Assembly (NCBI GenBank): GCA_048772705.1
Contig: JBLWGC010000213.1
Coordinates: forward strand, 1-64,000
Length of the DNA stretch: 64,000 bases
Origin: Leidyana gryllorum EB-2025a
Taxonomy: Eukaryota > Protista > Apicomplexa
Direction of reading: 5' to 3'
Shown here: piece by piece, positions 1 through 10,140 of the stretch
Layout: each line of letters begins with the position of its first letter
How positions within the stretch are numbered: position 1 is the stretch's first letter
Made by a program: the position numbers and the translations under genes
Notes under the pieces: generated by a model
Database searches by the model: none
What the model saw: only the letters and a program-made list of their open reading frames with translations
Told to the model about the DNA's origin: nothing

Positions 1-43
1 TGGTATGAGGACTGCGGACGGGGCGATAAACGCGCCGCATGCA

Positions 44-140
44 GATCCACCGGCCCAGGGGCCTCCGCGGCCAGGAAACGAGGCGATAATCGGGGTGGTG
101 GCGGATCCACCGGCACAGCAATGTCCGCGGCCAGGGAACG
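44..140 (+). repeat. Imperfect direct repeat, 60-nt period (GATCCACCGGC...TCCGCGGCCAGG), two copies
   Basis: gatccaccggcccaggggcctccgcggccaggaaacg and gatccaccggcacagcaatgtccgcggccagggaacg; encodes ADPPAQxxPRPGN twice. Confidence 0.8.
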
Positions 141-149
141 TGGTCTTAA

Positions 150-560
150 AGCGATTGCATCAGGTAGTGGGAGGAAGGGGGACGCTCGGTTCGAGGATTC
201 AGAACATTGTGGAGTCTGCGCAATGGAGTGGTCCGCGATTCGATTACATCGGCGGACGAAAAGTTGGAGCGTGATGATATACATACTGATTATCCGTATT
301 TCAGAGAAGTGACGACTTCGGTGCCCGATAGCGACTCAACCACAGCTGTTCGCAGACTTATCGTCGGCCTTGGAGGACTGATAGAGTCGATTTAGAGGAC
401 TGCAAGTGTAGTCGTCTGTACGGTCAATCGATTGAGTACCCTTGCCCAGCTTAAAAATACGTTCGGCCACCAGCCGTAACATCAAGTCATCTTTGACATC
501 GAAAGAAGACTTTAGAACATGTCATACCCCGCCAACATACTGGGATTCAAAATTCCGACT
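150..560 (+). mobile_element. Possible decayed Helitron Rep/helicase fragment (pseudogenic)
   Basis: With one frameshift and three in-frame stops it reads FED/RTL..NGVVRDSITSADEKLERDD..FREVTTS..VRRLIV..QVIFDIERRL*NMS..LGFKIP, collinear with the Helitron linker FEDLRTVNGVV..ACxxLGLLxDD..LRRLF..LIDIExxL..FGLP; judged by eye. Confidence 0.35.
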
Positions 561-991
561 GCCTTAGTGACAAAGTGCGGGTTTCTTCAAACGGTAACAA
601 TTGATTCTGGACTCTGCTGGTCTCAAATCAGCTGAAATCGCCACCGTGACGTGCTGCCAAAGGTGAGAAGCAATGGTGCATGGAGTTCTTACCGCTCTTC
701 ATGCTCAAGCAGTCGTGGCTAATAGAGTGTACATCGGGAAGGTATACCAACGATTTTTCTGACATGCATGAAGTTTCCCACCCACATAGTCATCTGCTGA
801 CTATCCAAACGGACTTGCTGCTACTCACTGGGTCTACCAAGGAGACATGAACCACGTTGCTTCGGTTGAGCTCCACGTTGGAATAACCGCACGGAAAGCC
901 ATGCGGCATGATTGTAAAACATGGCCCGCAAGTTCGTCGAGTCGTCACACGCGTGTGCGCAGAGGACTTCTGCGGTCGTTGGTGCTGAAGA

Positions 992-1729
992 ATGCTGAGT
1001 GACCACATCTGGACTCAAATCCTTCGCTTCCTACCGTTATGGGAACTGACAAGAGTGGCTGGAATCTCCAAACAGATTTACGACATCCTTCACTCAGAAA
1101 CTTCGTTGTTGGTCTCGGAGCAACTTTCACTCACGATGACACAGTGGGTCTGGGTACACCGGGCGTCGTGGTTTGAAGGATGGCTGCACCGGTCGTGCCC
1201 ACATTTGGAATTGCTCTCTTGGATTGGAGAGATCAACAAGGATCTCATTGTCATCGATCTATTGCAGAAAATGTGCAAATGGGGTTTACCAAAGTTAACG
1301 AAGGCAGCAATAGGTGTGACCTTCCCGACTGGGGGATCGTGGCAGTCCCATACTTTCACTTTCCCCACACTGAAGTATCTGGACTTACGATGGTCCGTCT
1401 TGTCTGACGGACCTCTGCTAATCGACGCACCCATGCTGGAGTTTTTGGCTGTCAAAAGGCACAGCCTCCCCTTCATTCGCCACGATTTGGCTGAGACGCT
1501 CCATCAGGCGGTGGGCGACGGCCCCGATGCCCTCATTATAGCAGTGACAAAGCCACAATTCAAGTATTGGATCTACAGACTGTGGGACGTCCCCTCTTCT
1601 GTAGTGGAAGGAGGCTGGAAGACGTCCGCCGCTTTGGTGTCATCGTTACCCACAGCCCCGGATTGGACACGCGATGTGTTGGATTTGCAAAATGAGCCTT
1701 CATTCACGTGGCCAACGTGCGCGAGGTGA
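992..1729 (+). CDS. F-box protein with degenerate LRR-like repeats
   Basis: N-terminal LSDHIWTQILRFLPLWELTRVAGISKQIY fits the F-box pattern; CPHLELL, LPKLTK, FPTLKYLDL and APMLEFL are LRR-like units. Confidence 0.7.
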   Translation: MLSDHIWTQILRFLPLWELTRVAGISKQIYDILHSETSLLVSEQLSLTMTQWVWVHRASWFEGWLHRSCPHLELLSWIGEINKDLIVIDLLQKMCKWGLPKLTKAAIGVTFPTGGSWQSHTFTFPTLKYLDLRWSVLSDGPLLIDAPMLEFLAVKRHSLPFIRHDLAETLHQAVGDGPDALIIAVTKPQFKYWIYRLWDVPSSVVEGGWKTSAALVSSLPTAPDWTRDVLDLQNEPSFTWPTCAR

Positions 1730-1821
1730 GCAATGTTTGAGCCTTCGATGACACACAGCGCAGGGGGGCACAGAGGCTATTCAAGTATCTCAAGAGAGAA
1801 TGGTCCGATCGAGAACGCAAT

Positions 1822-2976
1822 ATGCATCCGCTGTGTCGCACATTTCTACATTTGAGGTCGCATGCGGTATGGCTACGTCCTCAACGGATAGTTAATGAGA
1901 CCGAAGAAAATGGAACTGTGGGTGTGCGGGTGCGTTCAAGCTTGGGATGGTTCCGGTTGGCGCGAACTCGGGATCTGGAGTCCCCGCCTCTCCGGTGGAA
2001 GGCACTGCCACTGACTGAACCGCCCGCTGTATTCCCTCCCACAAACATTGGGTTGGTGGCAAATCACACAGCGTATTTGAACGCCACCGGCCTGCATCAT
2101 GCAGTGGATTGGTCCGAGGTGACACGACTTCTCTATGTCAATAATGCTTCCATTCCAACTCTGACCGAAGACTCAATTAGAAGTTTGCCCTTCCGAAGTC
2201 TGAAGCGCATCGAGTTACCTCTGCAGGGTTGGGCACTCACCGCAGCGCTGCTTGAAGACGCGACTTCCCAATTTTGGCTTCCCGATTGTATCCGGGTGCT
2301 GTGCCTACACACCGACCGAGATGACTCCCCGCAAGCGGTTCGACGATTAATTGAAACATGTCACATCCAATACGTCGGTGTTACCGGAATACCTTCGAAT
2401 ACCACGAAGTTGGTTGATTGGTTTTTGGTTGGCCACTCTATCTGGCGACGGAAAGGGGTTCGTATTCGCTTCGGCCTCCAAGCTGCAGCGCTTCTACAAT
2501 ACCCGTGGCCTAAGGTCCAATTGGAACTCGTCTCGGGACTCTACACCGATGCCACCCTTCGAGCTATGCTGAAGGCCATCGGTTGCTCGGCTGATGAGAT
2601 CGATGCGTATCTGGAGGCTCCATCTGGTGACGACAACGAGGAGTGGCCACGGCTGCGAGAAAAAAGTGTCCGGGCTGAGTCCACTCTCGTCCAATACACG
2701 TATTCCCCCAACGTGCCAAAAGTATTCGTCAGTCAGTGGTACTCTGCGATGTTGGAAGCGACATTGGGCGAGGCTCAACCGTCTGTGGGAGGATTATTTG
2801 GCCGGATCGCTATAATTTCCTCAGATGATCGGTGGCTGGGCGGTATGTTGCTGGACCAGAGGTTCGCAGAACTGGAATACTTCAATGCTTTTGTGATGTT
2901 ACCGGCTGTCTGTCCTTTGAGTCTGCACGAAGAAGTTCTCTCACGAAGCGAGGAGGAGAAGTTGGGGCCCACATAA
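1822..2976 (+). CDS. Hypothetical protein, 384 aa, intronless
   Basis: Long ATG-initiated ORF; weak LRR-like segment (PFRSLKRIEL); no family recognised. Confidence 0.65.
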   Translation: MHPLCRTFLHLRSHAVWLRPQRIVNETEENGTVGVRVRSSLGWFRLARTRDLESPPLRWKALPLTEPPAVFPPTNIGLVANHTAYLNATGLHHAVDWSEVTRLLYVNNASIPTLTEDSIRSLPFRSLKRIELPLQGWALTAALLEDATSQFWLPDCIRVLCLHTDRDDSPQAVRRLIETCHIQYVGVTGIPSNTTKLVDWFLVGHSIWRRKGVRIRFGLQAAALLQYPWPKVQLELVSGLYTDATLRAMLKAIGCSADEIDAYLEAPSGDDNEEWPRLREKSVRAESTLVQYTYSPNVPKVFVSQWYSAMLEATLGEAQPSVGGLFGRIAIISSDDRWLGGMLLDQRFAELEYFNAFVMLPAVCPLSLHEEVLSRSEEEKLGPT

Positions 2977-3769
2977 GCGTTCTTTGATGACACGTTTTCG
3001 ATCACATATGTGTGTTAGTATTATTGGTGACGTGTTGCAGCTTAAATGTTTCATCCTTCGAACATTGATTTCGTTCCCACAATTTCACACAAATGTAAGC
3101 CGGATTCCTGACCTTTTAGGGTCAGAGTTTCTTTGGGGGACGACAATAGTCACTGTGGTTGTCCTGGCATTGATCAATGTTATCTCCCTCGTCCTCCGAT
3201 ACAAGTTGCCTCAACCGTGGTGGTGGTTGTGGCTGAAAGAAGCATTATGTGCGCTGGGCGATGCTGCTGTTTCTCAGTCGGCTTTTCTGTGTGTTCTGTT
3301 GTGTTTGGTTGAGATTGAGGCTAATTGCTTTGAGGTATTGGTCCATTCGGTGACTTTATGTATGGAAGCCACGGCTTTTCCAGAAGAATCTGCCGGTCCT
3401 GGGTGATGCAGAAAGATTTCTCGATGATGGGATTCCGCTTCAAACTCGACGCGCGGATGTCGTTATTGAAAAGTAAAAAAATCGCATTAGAGTGGGTTGC
3501 TTTCCGGTTCCGCAATCGGATATCGTGGCTGTGCTTAACGATAGCCAGGCGGGCGGAAGTCGCCGAATGAAAGGGGTGAGAGGTCGAGTTGCGGGAAGGG
3601 GTGATGGGGAAGTTCAATGAAGGGGGATGACGCGGAACCATCCGTGTATGGGGCTGGTGATCTCTAGCTACATGTGTTTTGATATGAATTGAAGCAAAGA
3701 CTCCTGTGGGCGATAATGTGAGACTCGGGAAAAAGGGAAAGTGGTTGGAGAGGGATAAGGTTTTGATGT

Positions 3770-4687
3770 CTAAGCTCCCATCATCATAGGGGGAGGCCTC
3801 TGGTTTGGGGCCGTCAATGCGCTCATACGCTCTTCCAAGAAAGCTTTTGCCACCGCCACTCGGATGTCCACTGCTTCTTGCTGAAGGCGTGCTTCGAAGT
3901 AATCCACACAGGGACCTTGCCCTCCCATAGGCATACTGGCACACACCATCGGCATCGCCGGGGCCACCATAGCAGCCTGTTGACCCATGAGAGCAGCCTG
4001 TTGAGCCTGTTGACCGACCATGACCATTCGAGGAGCGGGCGCTGTTTGCTGTACAGCTGGCACGGCGGCAGCAGCTCGCATGACGGGCATTGCAGGTGCC
4101 ATGACGGGCATTGCAGGTGCCATAACGGGCATTGCAGGTGCCATAACGGGCATTGCAGATGCCATGGCCGGCATCGCAGCTCCCATACCCATGAAGGGCA
4201 TGGCCATGGGCATACCACCCATAGCACCCATTTGGAAGCATGCCATACCTCCCATTTGATAGCCCATTCCTGCCCCGCATGGATTCATGCGAGCGTCGTC
4301 GACGCGTTTACGGGCGGCTGACTTGGCTCTCATGGCCCAAAGGTCGAAGTTTGTAATGTTTGCGCGGGCCTTGTTAATGACTTCTTGTCTCATCACCGCG
4401 TCTGCGACCTCTTTTATTTGAGCCTGCAGATTAGCTCTGTCCTGTGCCACTGCGTGGTTCATGAAGGCTTGTTGTTGGTATTGGACAAAGTGGTCTGGGG
4501 CGTATCCACCGCCACTTCTGTTGCTGCTGGAAGAGTTGCCACTTGAGGATCCAGAGGAACCAGAAGAATCCGATCCCGATGAAGATGAGGAGTGTTTAGC
4601 GGTCAAAACAGCCTCGATGAGGACCAGCGACGTCTTGGAGCCGGCCGAAGGAGAAGCTTGAACTCTGACAGTGGAGCCACGCACCAT
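3770..4687 (-). CDS. Met/Ala/Pro/Gln-rich repetitive protein
   Basis: 305-aa ORF; Ser-rich stretch, helical segment, MAPAMPV repeats; T7 tract just upstream of the ATG as in other genes here. Confidence 0.8.
   Translation of the reverse strand: MVRGSTVRVQASPSAGSKTSLVLIEAVLTAKHSSSSSGSDSSGSSGSSSGNSSSSNRSGGGYAPDHFVQYQQQAFMNHAVAQDRANLQAQIKEVADAVMRQEVINKARANITNFDLWAMRAKSAARKRVDDARMNPCGAGMGYQMGGMACFQMGAMGGMPMAMPFMGMGAAMPAMASAMPVMAPAMPVMAPAMPVMAPAMPVMRAAAAVPAVQQTAPAPRMVMVGQQAQQAALMGQQAAMVAPAMPMVCASMPMGGQGPCVDYFEARLQQEAVDIRVAVAKAFLEERMSALTAPNQRPPPMMMGA
4079..4165 (-). repeat. 21-nt coding tandem repeat x4 (MAPAMPV)
   Basis: catgacgggcattgcaggtgc repeated on the + strand with few changes. Confidence 0.9.
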
Positions 4688-5049
4688 TGGCAGAAAAAAA
4701 CCCTAAAAACCGATAGTTCCGAAAACCGCGCCTGGATGGCAGGGCGATCGGCATCGATCGGGGGGGTTGCGCACAACCCAAAGCCACTTTCAATTAACGC
4801 GAGTATAGATACATATTAGGAAGGGGCTCATTCAACGCAGTATAGTCGTCCATGATAGCGCTTTCGGTGAGGGCAGGGGGCACAGGGTAACTGTGAAAAG
4901 GACCCTCCTTTGAATCCGGCGAGCAGGCAGCCTGTGAGATCACGTAGCGTGTGTGGTGCTTCTGCAAACATCAATAGTGGCCGATTATCTTTGTCGAGAG
5001 GATAGTGTTAATTTATGGCAGTCGTACACAAATTTTCACTCGGTCGGTC

Positions 5050-7395
5050 ATGAACATCAGAATTGGGAACGAAGCAATTGAGGGGAGGAGATATGGGTGG
5101 ATAAGTCTGATGTCGATGACACTGAACAGCCTCCACGCTGTAGACGGGACTCGGCCTGCTGGAGGGCCAGCAGCGAGTCTTTCGGGCTTGATTGATTTCT
5201 ATGACTCCAAGGCGCCGGCGAAGGCTCAGCTTCTACGAGTGCGCGCGCAAGACTCCGTATATGAATTAGTGTCAAACCAGATGACTTGTCCAAGGACGCG
5301 GCTCACTCTCTGGCGAGTGGCACGACTCGCTGGGAGATCGCCTGTCACGCCAGCTCTGATGGGAAGATGGTACCAAAAGATTCTGGCGGAGCATTGGTAC
5401 GAGGACAGCGTCTTTTCGTGCTGTCTTTTGAATCCCTACACTCTACTCTTATCGAGCGGCCCCCATGTCTATGTTCACTCGTGGTTCTCGCCGTTCCGCA
5501 AGGCCATAGAGTGGACTCGAGGCCTCCCACCTGCTCAGACGGCCCGTCTCATGAAGGACCACAAAAGCAGACTGCAGTATGTTGAAAAGACAACAAACTG
5601 GGAAGCGACCCTCAAGTCACAGTGTCCCCGAGCCTTATTGATCCTCGACCGTAACTCCTTCCCGGTCAAATGCCAGCCGCTTGGCTCTGAGCCCCCGGCA
5701 GACAAATTCCGTCGGGTACTCTCAGCGAATACCACTGCCCCCCCGTGCGAGCCGGCGTTGCGCCTCCCACCTTCCAAGTGGGGGAAAACGACAACGCTAC
5801 CCTCAACTTGGTCTCGAGGAGAACCGGTCCGTGCGGAATACGAGGGAACTAAATTCGTCATGGAATGGTGTGATGATAGACTTTGGATCCACAGAGACCC
5901 CTCAGCACGCCGGTCACGGTTCGGGCAAAATGCCCATCGCCTACTTCTCCATCCAGAAGCTGCCTCGGCGCGAGTCCAACGGTTCCTCGAGCAGAACCAG
6001 TCATTTGACACTGACTACGTGACAAAGTTGGCCTCAGCCATCGCTCCAACGGCCAAACGCTCGGGCTTCATGACTTCTGGCCGTTGGTGGCCACTTCTTG
6101 CTATGAAGAATCGCGTCCATTTGGTCGTGGGACCCACTCGCTCCCTCTCCCTTCCACTCTCAAGACAACAAGCAAAAGCGGCACAACGAGGAGACGTCGA
6201 CACCCTCCGTTGGTGTATCGCACAGTCCAATTGGGAGGACGACCCAACGGGAGCGCGTCTCACTGCCGCAATCACTCTGGGACCCAACCCCGACTACGTG
6301 CTGGAGGTGATGAGTCAAATCTTCACGATGGACTCCGTCGATCGACCATCTCTCGCACACCTTCTCTTCGAGGTGTACGAACAGTGGGTGGCGATCAATG
6401 AACGCGTTGGTGATAATTGGGCTCAATCGAATCTTCGATCAACGCTCGCTGCCTCAACGTATGTCCCAGATTCTGCTCAAACCACACTCGTCTCCACAAC
6501 CGAGGAGACCATTCAAACCGAGCCGCCATCACGCCCAACTCACGTCCAACCGGCTTATCCTCCTCTCGGCCCCACTCTTCTCAAAGCTCTGCCGAGCACT
6601 CGAATTGCTTCAACTTCAACCGATGCGACTACTCGCACTGCGCTCGTGTTTCCAACTCCTCGAAACACTCCATCCGTTCTAACCCCTCAAACTGCTCCAA
6701 CTCCCCGAAGCACTCCGACTCCTTCGAGTGCGCTGAGCGCTTGGAGTCGTCCAAACATTTCAGCTGGTCGGACTGCTGCAACGAGCCCAGCTGCCGCAGC
6801 CCTTCCAACTCCTCTGATCGGTTCGACCACACCAAGTGCTTCACGCTCGTCTGTGACCAGGTCGGGTCTCGGAGAGCTGCACAGCGGACGGTCGCCAGCA
6901 CCACGCCGTCGTTATCCCTGTTCAGACGGAATGTTGCCTCCCAACTGGACCGCTTCGGACAGCGCGGTCGAGCCCACGACTGTCCAGCGTTCCACGGCTC
7001 CGCCTATCGCAAGAACTGTACAGTTTCCGCCACCGATTGGTACTACCCCACCGCCTCCCATAGAAGGGGAAAATCTAGACGCACTACCTTCCCCATTCTC
7101 TGCCTCGCTCTCGAGACAGAGAAGTGTACAGCCGTCACAGGTGGTTTCAGACTACTCAAGTCAGGCAGGGAAACAGCTAGAGGGAATGTTGAGCAGGCGG
7201 CTGAGTTCTGTGGTCCCCAGAGAGACCCCTAAACCCATTTTCCGGAGACCCGCCCGATCCAATACTTTTGCTTCGCGACAAACTCTGCCACCACGTGGCG
7301 AGACAAGGGAACCAGGACCAACTAACTCTGTTGTGTCCTCGCCCGCTCGAGATTACTACACCTTCGTGCAAAGTACGCGACGTTCATTTCGATGA
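5050..7395 (+). CDS. Hypothetical protein with globular N-half and Pro/Ser/Thr-rich disordered C-half
   Basis: Long open frame; first ATG at 5050 preceded by CAAATTTTC (5029-5037). Confidence 0.75.
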   Translation: MNIRIGNEAIEGRRYGWISLMSMTLNSLHAVDGTRPAGGPAASLSGLIDFYDSKAPAKAQLLRVRAQDSVYELVSNQMTCPRTRLTLWRVARLAGRSPVTPALMGRWYQKILAEHWYEDSVFSCCLLNPYTLLLSSGPHVYVHSWFSPFRKAIEWTRGLPPAQTARLMKDHKSRLQYVEKTTNWEATLKSQCPRALLILDRNSFPVKCQPLGSEPPADKFRRVLSANTTAPPCEPALRLPPSKWGKTTTLPSTWSRGEPVRAEYEGTKFVMEWCDDRLWIHRDPSARRSRFGQNAHRLLLHPEAASARVQRFLEQNQSFDTDYVTKLASAIAPTAKRSGFMTSGRWWPLLAMKNRVHLVVGPTRSLSLPLSRQQAKAAQRGDVDTLRWCIAQSNWEDDPTGARLTAAITLGPNPDYVLEVMSQIFTMDSVDRPSLAHLLFEVYEQWVAINERVGDNWAQSNLRSTLAASTYVPDSAQTTLVSTTEETIQTEPPSRPTHVQPAYPPLGPTLLKALPSTRIASTSTDATTRTALVFPTPRNTPSVLTPQTAPTPRSTPTPSSALSAWSRPNISAGRTAATSPAAAALPTPLIGSTTPSASRSSVTRSGLGELHSGRSPAPRRRYPCSDGMLPPNWTASDSAVEPTTVQRSTAPPIARTVQFPPPIGTTPPPPIEGENLDALPSPFSASLSRQRSVQPSQVVSDYSSQAGKQLEGMLSRRLSSVVPRETPKPIFRRPARSNTFASRQTLPPRGETREPGPTNSVVSSPARDYYTFVQSTRRSFR

Positions 7396-7530
7396 TTACA
7401 AGAGACGACCCGTGCGTGCACTGGTCCCAGAGGACGACCAGTAGTAACGTAGTATCCTGATTTAGCATAGAAAGTAGAGTTTATGATCATTTGGTGGTCA
7501 CACAACTCAATAATATATGAGACATCTCCG

Positions 7531-9155
7531 TCAGGAAGAAGCCTCTGATTCTATACGCTTCCAAGCTGCATCCAAAACATGAAACGCATCTTTGGCGTTC
7601 GGATGCTGATTCTTGTCAGGATGCACTTTTCTAACCCATTGCAGATAAGCAGACCTCGCTGCTAAGAATGTCTCATGTTGAGACGTCAATCTTCGACAAC
7701 GCGGGGCCGTCAGCCCAAACACTTTCCAAGGATCACCTTTGTTGGGGTCCATCTTCACTAAACGAGCCATCATTGACACTACATCAGCATCTTCTTTGAC
7801 GCCCCTGCAGCAAACAAACGTCACTCATTGACACAACAACACTCTCCTCCTTACCCATTCGAACTGTGAACTCCCGCCGTGCGAGAATTGCGCCGACTGC
7901 TCCCTTGCGCCTTCCGCCCACTCGCTTGCCCAAACTGCACATGTGCTGCACTCGTCGGCGCTCCTGTCCAGGGGTCCCTCTTCAACTGCTCTTTCGCACT
8001 CTCAAACTGCACCCGCTGAGCATCGTGGAATGGAGCTTCCTCCGCAGGCTGATCCAACCCATCCATCCTGATGCACTTGGGACACCAAGGCCGACGACCA
8101 GCCTGCTCAATGCCCATCGAGAAACGGTGGCCGCGCCGGCACAGACTCATACACGCCCAGCCACTATTGCCCCACTCTATTCGTAGGATCTCAAAGTCTC
8201 TCCTGCGCGCCAAGTCTCGCATCACTTCTGTCTCTTCATCACATTGACGACAAGCAAATCGCCAACCAGCCAGTGGGGTACCTCTACCATTCCCGCGATG
8301 ACCGTGAAAGTCGCACGACACACCCTCGGCCTCAGGAGCACTGCCACTCGATCTACTCGCCTCTTTGGTCACCTTTTCACCAATCGGAGCGCCAGAAGAC
8401 GGCGAGGATTCACCAATCACTTCGGGTGAGTCGGATTCTGAACGTTCCTGCCTTCTCGTTGGAAGGCGTGATGGCTTCTTCTGCGCACGAGACTCTGCCT
8501 TGGAGTCCACGTGGATTGTCGGACCTTCATCCTCGCCACCCGTTTCGGAACTCAGATGATGGATCTCAGCGGGACTGGGAGGCCCCACAACCCGCTGCCG
8601 CTTCAAGGTCGGCTTGGGAGCCGAATCCTCGGAAAGCCTCCCCACACGCTTCCGTGGAGTTCGCGACGACGTCTGGTGTTGGGTCATCCGAGCCAACTTG
8701 ACTGGTCTACGTTGATTTCCAACTCCAACGGAAACGCGAGGTCTCTTCCGACTTGTCGCAGCTGTAGTCGTCGTAGCTTCCGATCCCCTTCGAGGACTCC
8801 CCAAACCATCACCGTTCATCGGCTCGTCATCCATTGCCCCCTCATGCCGTTCATCTGCTTCGGCCTGCTCTCCAACCACCTCGTCATCTCCGTCGTCAAT
8901 GATCGTCACAACAGGTGGTACAACATGTGTCCGCACCCTCTTCGGATTGGGAGTCAAACCCGTCACCCGATTCCGTGCCGCGGAATGTAACGGCTGCGTA
9001 AGTGGATGGACTATCTCCTCGTCCCACATCGCCGAATCCGCGGCCTCAATCTGCTTCTGAAGCTCAGCCTCCAGCAACGCTACCTCCTGCAGGGCCGTCG
9101 AGGACTCCCACACACAGCCAGTGATCCCACTCATACTCAAGTATTCACGTAACAT
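7531..9155 (-). CDS. DnaJ (J-domain) protein with Cys/His zinc-ribbon-like motif
   Basis: C-terminal AYLQWVRKVHPDKNQHPNAKDAF (HPD motif); CRQC..CRRGHRF..RPWCPKC; one GT-AG intron ~7805-7854; start uncertain. Confidence 0.8.
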
Positions 9156-9278
9156 GTTGCCTTGTGGTAGATCTTGAAGATCCGTACGCAATTGGTACGT
9201 CAATATTATATGCTTCAATATCAAGCTAAGTGACGTTATTCTAAACGATGAGGTGTACCAAACGTTCAAGTGAACCAC

Positions 9279-10058
9279 TCACTCTGCAGGACGCGCGGGT
9301 TGTACCTTAGGTACGAACGACTGCCTTAATCGACTGATCCAACGGTCCAATATAGTGGTAGTGGGGGCCGGAGGGTCTTGTTTCAGCGGATGGGACGAAC
9401 GGACGGCTTGGGGAGTGAGCTCCTCGGGTCGCATTGTGGTAGTTGGTTCGGTACACTGAGACCCACTGCTGGACGATTCAATGTCAATAAGCTTTCTTGT
9501 CTCCGTCCCAACCTGCTACAAAACCCATAATGAAGGTTCAGCCGGCTGGGTGAAGTTGGAGTTTAGATCGCAATTCTGGTGAGGCGGGCTCGAACCGCCT
9601 TTCGTCTGATGCGCAAAGAACAGACGCTCCTCCGTTGAGCCGTCCACCAGTACTAATCCATAGGCGCGGAGTGTATCAGAAATGCTCAGCGCGGGACTGA
9701 CGGCTCGCCACACCAATCAATGCACCTCTGCTCGCATTCTGCTTCGCTCCAGCACCTTCCTCACCCAGCCGTGAGACCACTTACCCCTGTTGGTTTTTCT
9801 GTATTGACGAAGTCCGCCGTGTAATCAAAAAGTGATTCGAAGTCTTTCCATAGCCGTTGGGCTTCCGCCGGATTGCGGAGCTTCTCCCCCTCCTCAACTT
9901 CGATTTTGAAGGGGTATTGAACGGCTTTCAATCCTGCTACGATGCTAATGGTTCCAGTCAAGAATTGCCCTGGGTACCTTCAATGCTGTCACGAAAAAAG
10001 CTCTGAGAGCCACTAACTCTGCCGATTCCGTTTTGTCCCTCAGGACTGGCTTCGGCAT
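9279..10058 (-). CDS. Hypothetical spliced gene (exon structure uncertain)
   Basis: ATG 10058 splices in frame into YPGQFLTGTISIVAGLKAVQYPFKIE..., followed by a GTAAGT donor at ~9784; 3' exons ambiguous. Confidence 0.4.
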
Positions 10059-10140
10059 GTCCAGTGTCCTCCGAATCAGACGTGATGGAGCACTTGTCGC
10101 ACCTTGGGAGACACCACCGAACACGTTTCTGGGAGCAGCT

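Noticed and set aside
2984-3406. Hydrophobic 140-aa plus-strand ORF
   Set aside because: No recognisable family, lies in decayed-looking DNA, and could be a compositional artefact
3321-3570. Minus-strand fragments (DCG/ATHS..ILLEKPWL) resembling a Ty3/gypsy aspartic protease
   Set aside because: Motifs are in different frames and about half the expected distance apart; no RT, integrase or LTR visible
4079-4165. Tandem repeats considered as a CRISPR array (also 24225-24348 and 36691-36750)
   Set aside because: No unique spacers, no cas genes, eukaryotic context
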